From Bugula neritina (taxonomy: Eukaryota; Animalia; Bryozoa), in NCBI GenBank assembly GCA_964035545.1, contig OZ037767.1, forward strand, positions 23,204,628 through 23,268,627: DNA of 64,000 nt. The letters run 5' to 3'. The notes below the pieces were generated by a model. It searched no databases, was not told where the DNA came from, and saw only the letters and a list, made by a program, of their open reading frames with translations. The position numbers and the translations under genes were made by a program. Below are positions 49,001-61,000 of this stretch, piece after piece (positions within the stretch are counted from its first letter, which is position 1; every line of letters begins with the position of its first letter).

Positions 49001-52000
49001 TACCTTCCAGTTCAGAGAGTCTGCGGTTTAGTGACTTTTCAGCTTTTACTTGTCTACAAGAAAATAACAACTATACATACAGCTTGTTTCAACTACATTA
49101 TCAGATCTTTCATTGCCCTGAACCCTTTCCTTCAACTCCCTCACTCAATATTTTACAATTTTCCTATTTTAATTTGCTATGTTATCGATTTACGATCTGA
49201 TTATAAACTAAAATTTGTATTTCCATTTAGTCTTGTCTTTTCTCAGGATTCCATTTCCATTGTTGTAGCAGTAATGCATCCTTACCCACCGCCCTCAGTT
49301 TTATTCTCACTAGCCTCGCTTGATCTTTGACCTTGGTTCACGTGAAGTTGGGTTCCCGGAGCATGGCTCTTGCTGGTTGCTGAAGTATCATGAAACGGAG
49401 TAAACACATCGCCCTTGTAGTCAACCAACACGGGCGTTAAAACTGCTCCTTTCTTGATGCAAATGGGGCTCTGCGTCGGTCTTTCTGCGGAGGCTGACAG
49501 CAGGTTGTGAGCTGCCTCCGCTTTGTTCAGAAGATTCGCACACCCACTGTTGGCTGCTCTTTCTGTTAGATTTTTTTTCTGCTGAATGAGCAGAAAGACG
49601 ATTTCCGAAAGCCGTTCACCCATAGCAGCTTACTTTGTGAAATGGTTAGAAGTGAAACGCTGGCAACCCTTATGTAGAGGAAGCAAAATGTCACCAAAAT
49701 TAGGTTAACAAATGTTAATCCAATAAACTTTTCTCCAGGCAGCACTGTCTATGCTGGCAGCATCAGTGGTAAGTGAGGCTGACAGAACGGGTCTCAAGGC
49801 AGCACATGTACAGGCACTGAGCACAACAGAAACTACAGACGCTATCATGATGTTATATACTAGCTACGCAGCAAATACATGATGTTATATGGCTATGCTG
49901 CCAATATTAATTATAAAACAGAGTTCTGAAAATGGAATAAAAGATGACAATCTCTAGTTAAAATTGAAATTTCACTTTATATAAATACATGAAGAAATAA
50001 GGTTCAAATAAAATTTGTTAACCAGAAAACACACAACACTAAGCAATACAGTGTTGAGGAATTCAAGATATACAGGAAGACAACTCCAAGCAAGTCTTCA
50101 CAATAAAAAACCACCACGACACATAGCCTATGTCCCCTGATACTATGGTTACACAGGCTATTTATGTCACAGTAACTAATAATCTTCAGGGTTGGGTTAC
50201 ACCATCAGTCTTTCTGTCAAACACTTTACATGAAACCCTATGCTAGAAATCGAGTGACTATAACTAATGGGAGTGCGTGAGACAGGGGTTAGAGGTCAGA
50301 CACACCTAACCTGAGATCTAAGAACAATGACAGGGGGGAGACTGCCACTCATACTGGTGAAACAGAACACTGGTTACCTGATGAGCAGCTGTGACACTAT
50401 CCGAGTTGTCTCTGTGGCCACAGGCCCTTCACTGTACTCCTGGTTCTTCAATAGAGAGTTCAACTTGTTCAGCACTTCACCAGTTTCATCATTCTTACGT
50501 TTCAGGGCTTTTGCCATGGTCAGCTGCCTTGCTAGGTCTGCTATTGGGCAGTCTCCCACCTGCAAACAACCAGTCATTAGTTCATAGTGCTAGGTAATGG
50601 TGCAAGGTGAAAGGCTTGGATGCTTCAATTACTTTTCGACAGATTTTAAAGCTATGACAGAACTGGCCCAGTAGGCTACTGGAACAATACTAAGTAATGA
50701 TATTACAAGCTTACACCAATCCCTGTGGGGCTGTTTGCAATTATTTCTAAAGGTTCTAATACTGCTATAGAACTATCATTTACAGATATTAGGTGAAAAG
50801 ATCTGCAGCTGGAACTGACATCCTGAACTGCTGACAAACATATGTATTTTAAGAAGAGGTTGTTCACAAACTGAACTACAAAAAAGTTTTAGAAAAGAGC
50901 TCTAGAATATCCAGAAATAATCATTCAACCAGCAACTGATCAAATAATCAAGTTTCTAGTCTCAAAAATTTAGCAGCACTTAGGTTTCAGGATTTAGACT
51001 TTACTGGATGCAGCATTCAGAACACTAAGTTATCAATTCCTGCAGCTCTCACAGGCATTTCACCAATGTATGTATTGTGGAAGACTATAACTTGTCAACA
51101 TGTTTGATCATTGCAATGCAGACTGGCTTGTAAAAATTCACACTGAAATAGGGATATGTTGTATAAACAGGTAACTCAACAGCAGGAAATTGTGGAACCA
51201 ACTGGAAATTTTCCTGGTTACAGCAGATTTCTCTGTTCCATCATGTTTCGTGTTTTGAGAAGTAAAATGGTTGTGCTTTAATTCACACTGGCTGCCTTGT
51301 TTCATATACTACAGTGCTATACTACAGTGCTATACTACAGTGCTATACTACAATGCTATACTACAGTGCTATACTACAGTGCTATATTACAGTGCTATAC
51401 TATGGTGCTATACTACAATGCTACATTACAGTGCTATACTACAATGCTATATTACAGTGCCATATTACAGTGCTATACTACAGTGCTATACTACAGTGCT
51501 ATACTACAATGCTATATTACAGTGCTGTACTACAGTGCTGTGCTACAGTGCTATACTACAGTGCTATACTATAGTACTATATTATGAAGATGTTTACTAG
51601 AGTATAGAATGAGTTGGAAGACTTACACTGCTCCAGGATTGCAGACTACTCTCTGTATCATCTAGCTGAGTCACTGCAATGTTCACCAAGTTAGTCACGT
51701 CACTCAACACCCTGTCAGTAGTAGTCAGTTGATTCTGCCATCGCTCAGACTTGTTGTGTAGCTCCACCCACTTTTGATTTAGCAGACGAATGTGTCGTCT
51801 GATGTTCTTAATAGCAGCCTTTGACTCGGAACTTTCTAGACTCAGTTCTATAGAAGTAAGTATGAATACTAAATAGAAAAGAATGGCGAGTGTTATACAT
51901 GGCCTTATACACAGTCTGTAGAGTAGAAGTGAAGCAACAGCTGGAAATTTTACAAAGGTGAAGGACAGCTGCAACAGAATGAAGTTCAAAACAGAAATAT

Positions 52001-55000
52001 TTTCAAAACAATCAACATTTTTCATTATAACAGCTCCCAGTAAGTATTACAAATTATGAACATACGAGAAATCTTCAACTTCTTTTCACTTGTTAGCTAT
52101 TTCCAATCACATGCTAACCAACATGACCGCTGTATACATTTAAAAAATGGAGACAAAGGTGTTTCACCTTATACACTTGACATGAGACTTGACCAGTACC
52201 AAATACTTGAGTAGGACAAGCTGGAGCAAAAATACATACAGTGAAACAAACCTTCTATGATCTTACTGTCACAGCTAGATGAGCTCAGCCTTCTGTCTGC
52301 TCCCTCCTTCTCCAGGAGAAATCTTCCGGTGGTTATGGTGTGTTCAAACTCCGAGGTTTTACTTTCTAGTCTATTCTTCCAGTCCTGAATTATAACAGTA
52401 ACTCATAATAATGATACATGGGATGTTCCAGCAAAGAGTATATTACATAAACCTTTTGTTTTACTCAATAATAAACTCCTAGCAATAAGGACTATGAACT
52501 GCAAAGTAAATACCACAGACTGTAGTTTCATCACAGAGCATGACCAGAATAATAGATAGCTGCATAAAATGTGGTGGTGTAAAAATATTAGAACCTCCGT
52601 TTGTACCAGCAAATCCTACTGTTATGTTGTATTTTGAGAAATTCAATAAGAACAGAGCTTTCCACCTCATCAATAATTTGAAGTTAACGGCTACATGTAT
52701 TGTCACTGAAAGTACAATCTGATTTAATTATCAGAACAGAATAAGTGAGAGTTAAGCAATGAGTTCAGTTGACTTTAAGTAAGACTTGGATGCCCCAGGT
52801 ACCTCATGACTCAGCTGCTGCTGTTTCACTCCTGGCAAGCTGCCAGCAACCGGCCTGGCAGCGATTAACTCATTCTCTCTACTCATCAGGAAATCCAGTA
52901 ACTGGCGACATTTTGAGATCAGCTCAGACCATTGGTCCATGCTTAGGTCCAGCTTTGACCTGCAGGTATACAGATGTATATCATATGTGCTATATAACAT
53001 AGTGCTATACAGTGCTATAATATACTGATATTATCCCATGTGCTATATAACATAGTGCTATACAGTGCTATACTATACTGATATTATCCCATGTGCTATA
53101 TAACATAGTGCTATACAGTGCTATAATATACTGATATTATCCCATGTGCTATATAACATAGTGCTATACAGTGCTATAATATACTGATATTATCCCATGT
53201 GTTATATAACATAGTGCTATACAGTGCTATAATATACTGATATTATCCCATGTGCTATATAACATAGTGCTATACAGTGCTATAATATACTGATATTATC
53301 CCATGTGCTATATAACATAGTGCTATACAGTGCTATAATATACTGATATTATCCCATGTGCTATATAACATAGTGCTATACAGTGCTATAATATACTGAT
53401 ATTATCCCATGTGCTATATAACATAGTGCTATACAGTGCTATAATATACTGATATTATCCCATGTGTTATATAACATAGTGCTATACAGTGCTATAATAT
53501 ACTGATATTATCCCATGTGCTATATAACATAGTGCTATACAGTGCTATACTATACTGATATTATCCCATGTGCTATATAACATAGTGCTATACAGTGCTA
53601 TAATATACTGATAAAATCCCATGTGTTATATAACATAGTGCTATACAGTGCTATAATATACTGATATTATCCCATGTGCTATATAACATAGTGCTATACA
53701 GTGCTATAATATACTGATATTATCCCATGTGCTATATAGCATGGTGCTATACAGTGCCATAATATACTGATATTATCCCATGTGTTATATAACATAGTGC
53801 TATACAGTGCCATAATATACTGATATTATCCCATGTGCTATATAACATAGTGCTATACAGTGCCATAATATACTGATATTATCCATGTGCTATATAGCAT
53901 AGTGCTATACAGTGCCATAATATACTGATATTATCCCATGTGTTATATAGCATGGTGCTATACAGTGCCATAATATACTGATATTGTCCCATGTGCTATA
54001 TAGCATGGTGCTATACATTGCTATAATATACTGATATTATCCCATGTGTTTTATAACATAGTGCTATACAGTGCTATAATATACTGATATTATCCCATGT
54101 GCTATATAACATAGTGCTATACAGTGCCATAATATACTGATATTATCCATGTGCTATATAGCATAGTGCTATACAGTGCCATAATATACTGATATTGTCC
54201 CATGTGCTATATAGCATGGTGCTATACATTGCTATAATATACTGATATTATCCCATGTGTTTTATAACATAGTGCTATACAGTGCTATAATATACTGATA
54301 TTATCCCATGCAATATATATAATGGTGCTATACAGTGCTATAATATACTGATATTATCCCATGTGCTATATATACAATGCTATATACAGCTATACACTAC
54401 TATACAATGCTATATGCCGCGATATATTACTATGTACTAGATAGGTAGGTATACACGAGTCTACCCAACACAAAACAAGCCCGACTCACCTAATTTTAAC
54501 AGCTGCAGTTCGAAGGCTCTTCCACCTTTCGTTGACCTCGCCAAGTTTTTCTACTGTCTCTGTACTTTCAGAGTCGTCTGCTGTTATAAACCTCCTTCCA
54601 GTAATATTGAGCAACTCGTGGGTCTGGTGGTGGGCATCTATTTGTGACTGCAAGTCCTGAAGCAAAGCAAGAGTTCCCCTTTATGTCTCAACTAGCAAAG
54701 AGTGTATAGCTTTACCTTATTCTATCTAGTTTATGTCCTAATACAAGTATAGTGAGCAGTGAAAGTTGTAACACACATACATATATAATATAATATCATA
54801 TCATATAGTATAATATCACATTATATTATACATATGCTTTGGTATAATACTTGTGCAGTGGTGACAAGTGAATAAATAGATCCCTAAACAGTCACTGTTC
54901 ATAGATTGAGTCATATAAATTCCAATAGCTGCATTTTAAGGTCTTGATAATTCTACCCTGTTATCTGACCAGTACATATCACAATATATAAACCTGTTAT

Positions 55001-58000
55001 TAATAAGAATATTGAATTTAATACAGGGGATTGTATGTAGTGATTATGGAGCACGACACAGCTGCGATTAGAAGTCATTGCTCTCAATATTTCTTTACTT
55101 AACCTGAACTCACAACTCTACGAAGGATATTGTATCATGGAAGAGAAGGAAAAAGAAACTGGCTAAATCTATCACCTTTCTTCAAATGTGACATCTTGAA
55201 TATAACAAGCTGATAAATGTGACATATTAGATTATATATGCAGGTAAATGTGACGTATTAGATATGGCTCGAAAGTATAGTTAATCTAGTTAAAATAATG
55301 TCATTACTACAACCTAAAATTTGTATACTTCTATTTACATTTTTAGTAATATATTATATCATGCATAGCTTTCAGTAGTATATATATTATTATTTGTAAC
55401 ATATTTTATTAATATAATAATATTACAATACGACGGTTTAAATATATAGATTGTTCTCAAAAATACATATTATGATGAAGCAGTATAACTATATTATAAT
55501 AATATATTCCATTCTATTATATATAAATATTATATTATATTATAATCATATATTCTATCCTATTATATATAAATATCTTATTGTATTATACTATAATGAG
55601 TTTTGTGAAATATCTACTGACAGAGCACCACTCAACACGCATTGAGCTCTAGAACTCGTGAGTATTACTACTTACTAGATGAGTTACTCAGCTTACAATA
55701 TGCTACTCAATGAGAAGTGGCTGTGTGCTATGACACTATGTGATGAGCCAATACCATTAAACCTGTCAGTCAATAAACCTTTGACCTTGGGCACTACTGG
55801 GTAAACACAGCTACTTGGTAAACACAGCTGCTTGGTAAACATAACTAGTAGAGCCGCTTAGATTAATCTCTCACACATGATTCGATGACAGCATTATCAG
55901 CTAGTTTTATACTGACTAGAAGAATTGTAATTATAATATCTAATAATATATAACATAGTATAAATAATATATTACATACCGCTATTCTGTCCCATACATT
56001 AGATGTGATAGGATATTATATAACATAGAAACTACTACTGTGCAAGTGTTGGTGTGACTACAGATGATTGACAATATCTGATTACCACAAGTACACCCAA
56101 TGAAGTCAATCTTCTGGTGTACAAATATAACTGCTACTGATATTTCTGTAAAATCTTGAAATTATCCAAACCCTCTCAATATGTGCTAGCTTACCAAAGC
56201 AATGCAAACACCCTAGTCTGCCTCCTTCCTTCAATAGAAGCCTAGTAACCTGCTGCAATGGTTTCTTCTAGCATACAATCTAATTGGTGCAAAGCCCTAG
56301 ATGCTGCCTATGTATGCAGTGTTATGAACAATTAAATTTGACTTATACAGTTACATCACATGCTAAGCCTGCATTACTGAAGGGTATTGATTGAGCAAAA
56401 TACTTATTATTAAATTACAAATCTCTCATTTTACAGAAGAAGTAGTAGCAGGTACATGCAGCTACTGCTAAATTGTATCATGTTCATTTCTATCAAAATG
56501 AATAAGTTACATTGTTTCTAAGATTCAATAGAAAATACTAACATCAATTTCAAACAGAATACAAATTAAACTATAGCTAACAAAAAGGCTTTAACATTTC
56601 AATGTTAACTAGCTAAGTGTAAAACTATGTAGAGGGAGGGACCTTAAACAACAACTGCACACAACACAATGACTGGAGGAAATAGGTGCAGCACTATATC
56701 TGACGGAGGAGATAACAACTGATGAGAACAAAGGGCTGAGGTCCGACTGTTTTACTTTAGTTAAACATGTGATGAAGAGGCAAAACACTTGTCAACTGAT
56801 AAGCAATGATATTAAGAGGAGGAAATGGCAAACTTGAATGGGTAAACTGCCTGCACACAGTTTGTCTAAGAAAAATAAATAGAAGTTGTCTTCCTTTCAA
56901 TGTCAGAAGCCGCAAGAGACAGTTTTCTAGGTAAACGGTGACAAAAGATTGCTTTGACTTTAACATGATGCAAGACAGCTTAATCGATCCGTTATATTAC
57001 TGGGGTCTTTCATTCAAATGAGTAGAAATGAAATATTTCAGTTCAATGTTATATTCATGGGGTTATAGCTTAGTGATTCAGATATAAAGAATTATTAGAA
57101 TCATTTAGGTCAGCAATGTAAGTTGAAAGTCGGCGTGTTACTTGTAAAGCTTTTACCGGCTTTTTATCTTAAATGTGATAGCAAATCATAAGAGTTTTCC
57201 AATATTCCCAAATATAGTTTCTATAAAAATAATTGCATAGCACGATAATGTATTTTAAAGACAATGTTATCACCTTTGGCCTTAGCAAAAAGCTCTTAAT
57301 AAGTTTTAGAAAAGGAAGGTTAATAATAAGTCAACAATAGTATAGATATTTTTATGGCATCTACTTAAAGAATTAAAGAGTGGATGTTGAAATTAAATAC
57401 TAATGGTGTATTTGATCTATTCATATGCTTATAAACATATTGCAACATACCAAACTGCTTCAAATGTAAAAATTCTTCTCCCATTATCTCAAGTTTATCA
57501 CTTATTCAAGTTTACCAATAAATTTAAGTGAATAATGTTGAATTCAAGTACATCTGCTGCAGCTTATTGAGTCATAAATGGAAAACATAAGGAATCCACT
57601 CAATTACCAGGGAAAATCAATATATCGTGGCACCTGCTTTCAAAGTTGCTCTGAGGGCATGGCTAGAATGCACCAACATCCACCAACATTTAAATAATGC
57701 TTTATTCAGACTGGAGTAGCTGTCTTTGAGTCTAGCCTCAGTTTCATCAGATAAGTTGTGGCTATTCTGCTCCCATATGCTATATACTTTTAGACTAAGT
57801 ATTAAATCTAATCCCCATAGAGGTGTATTATGCAGTGTGTAGAGTATATTATAAGATATTTAATATTAAACTCACAACTCCGTAAATCTACAGTTCCAAC
57901 AAGTTCCTTGATTTTTAGTCTCCATGTTCTTTGACTTATATAATGTGCAAGGCAAGGATATCTTAAATACCAGAGTACACTAAATACTTCTAGCTCCCAG

Positions 58001-61000
58001 TAGAACTAAATACACCTCAACTCTTACCTTCTCTGGCACACATATCGGAAGAAATCTTCTTGTAAAACGAAGCAGACAGCATTTTTTACCTTATAATATA
58101 TTACTATTGCCTATACTAATTCATGTCCATACTATTGCTGGTACTATTGGGTAGTATTACTATATTCAGCATCAAATTATGACATCAGAAACCAGTGCTA
58201 AACTGCTAGTGGCCAATGATAAACAAGTAAAGTAGTTACCTTAGATCTTTGAATCCAAGTGAAAGACCTCATTGAGTGATTCTCTTGGATCTCGTCTAAC
58301 AGGATATCAGCTAAAGACTCTTGTTCCGTCACCCAAAGTAGGAAGTCATTCAGGGTTTTATCAAAGTTGTCTAGAATCTGTTTTTGAGCAACTAATGCGT
58401 TACTATGCTGGGATAACCTAAAATATATACAAACATTATATGTAATTTCAACAATTTCACACTCGCTGTAACTATAAGTAATCATATTTACTTCAACTAT
58501 AAATATACACACTCACAGCAAGTATAAACACTCACAGTGACTGTAATTATTATGACTCTCACTCACTGCCACTATTACTACTCACACTAACTGTAACTAT
58601 ACTTACAGTCACAGTAACTACACCTACAATCACCGTAACTATACTTACAATCTCTGTAATGAGTTACATCTCAGTGCTAATGACTCAGTATTCAACTTGA
58701 GTGTACTGGAATCCTCGTTGGGGTAGGTAGTCATGAGGTAGCTGCTAAACTCTGTCAACGCTGTATATTCACTCTCCCATGTTTTAACATCTGCTTCCAA
58801 AGTCTACAGTTAAAATAATGTTAGCTGAAACAAATTTTCGGATATGCAGACCCAAAAAAAGGTTTGTGCCAGAAAGTTATACTCTTACATCGATGGGACA
58901 ACTCCCTAAAGTTTTTTGTGTGAATTTCATGCTTCAACAAGACAGGGGAACAAAACTACCGAGTTCAAGCTTTACAGCACATATATACAATACCTATTAT
59001 TTTTACATTTTTAATATAATTACAGCACATGATAGTCTCCAATGTTGTAAAAGGGTAGTGAATAATAAATTTAATGCTAACTTTGCAAAATGATCCCAAC
59101 GTACAGTTAAATCAGGAAAATCTGTCATATTTAATGAGGGTATTCAGGAGTTGCCTACTTTCTATATTCTACCACAACTACCATAACTATAGACACAGTT
59201 TATTCTAGTTTTCATTAAAACACAGTTTGATGAACTGAAAAGATGACATGGTGGTTTTACACTGTTATGCGGCTTTTGAATTTCATATTCCACTTCAAAT
59301 TAAACGCCGCCCAAGGCAACCTATTTTAGCTATTCAATGACCTTTAGAGAATTCGCTTGGCGAGACTGTTGGAAACCAACATTGTTACAAAGAGTTTAGT
59401 GAACCTAGTTTTCTACTAGATTTCTACTAGAAAAGCTATTACCCAAGGATTAGATCTAAGTACTTAATAGTAAAAACTTAATAGTAAAAATTTTGTTCAT
59501 GTTAGCTACATTACAGCAGATTTGCAGGACCTACATGCTGTAGTTACTAGGATGTTATATAACATAGCACGTACGCAGTGTTGCTCCATCTGCTTCTGTA
59601 CCACATCCAGAGCGTCTCCTAGGGTCTCCTTCTTCATCTTACTCATTTTATCTTCAAGTACCTGCAACTGACTGTCTACATGAGCCATGTCATTACCATA
59701 CTTGTGAGAGTCTATCAGCATTTGCTTCAGCTCCGTACATCTACCAAGGGATTTTACTTGGCAGTCCGAACACTCCGCCCTCAATCCTGAAACTAAAATA
59801 TAGTCTATGATTAGTTGGCTGGCAACATTCACCAATGATAGTAATGACCGAAGAGTATATATATTAGCTATTTTTACACTAGGTGCGACTTTTTTATTGG
59901 ATGGGAAGACAACTCCAACATAAACCTGTGATGCTAAAATCTAAATAAATTATATTAAGTGTGCAGATATTATTATTGTACAGTCATTTGCAACTATTCG
60001 CTGATTTTTCAAGGCATTAGGCTCTTTAAAAACGTTGCTGGTTTATATAAAATCATTATAAAGAATGCAAACAGGGCTCACACACAAAATATTTGCCAAT
60101 TTTTCAACAGTCGCTTACTTTTATACACTTCTGAATCTACTATACAGTTTGTGCATAGACAGACATGCTTGAGTTGTAAATAACTACACCAAATACCTAG
60201 TTTTATTATATCTCAGACAGTTAAGTTGTCTTGTGAGGTAATAACTGAATAGAATTCTAGTCATGGTTTGATAAGACAAAGAAAGTTTATGGAAAGGAAG
60301 AAACAGCAGATGCAAAACTCTACTCCAGCAATTTATTATAAAGATAATTACATTCACTAAAGATATCAAATTATATTATCATGATATATCATGGTAATGA
60401 AAGGTAACACTTGAGCTAGCCTTTTGTAACTTTAAATGGCGACAAATCAAGGAATTTTTTTTTCTAAAAACAATTAAATGTCTGGCAGATTACTGCTGAT
60501 GAATTTACTGGCAAACCAATAAAATACTAGTTTGATCTGGTGTTAGAACTGATTTTAAGCATATCACTCCTTGAATAAACCTTACTGTTAACAGATCAAT
60601 TCCTACTAAATACACCCCTTTTCCTAAATACACCCCTTTATGAATACACTCAGTTCTAAATACACATATCCCTACATAAACCCCTTCTCAAATACTCTCC
60701 ACTTCAAACACCACGCTCCCTTGAAAAAGCCCCTTGCTAACCACACCTCATTTAGAACATATTTGATATCTTAACCTAGTATTAGATTTATAACACATTA
60801 CATGTAAAACAACTTTACTCAAACCTGCCTTTTCCATTCTAACTGAGCTTTATTACTGCAACTAATCCAGACTATATCCTAAGCAGATAGTTGCAACGTG
60901 CTGAACACTGTACAGCAGGTCGGAAACTAACCAAAATCAATACAATGTGTGGCAATTATACTGTGTCTGATGTGTGTGAAGAACAATACACTCTGTTTAC

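Noticed and set aside
52986-54370. CRISPR-like array
   Set aside because: Head-to-tail repeats without unique spacers, in a eukaryotic intron.
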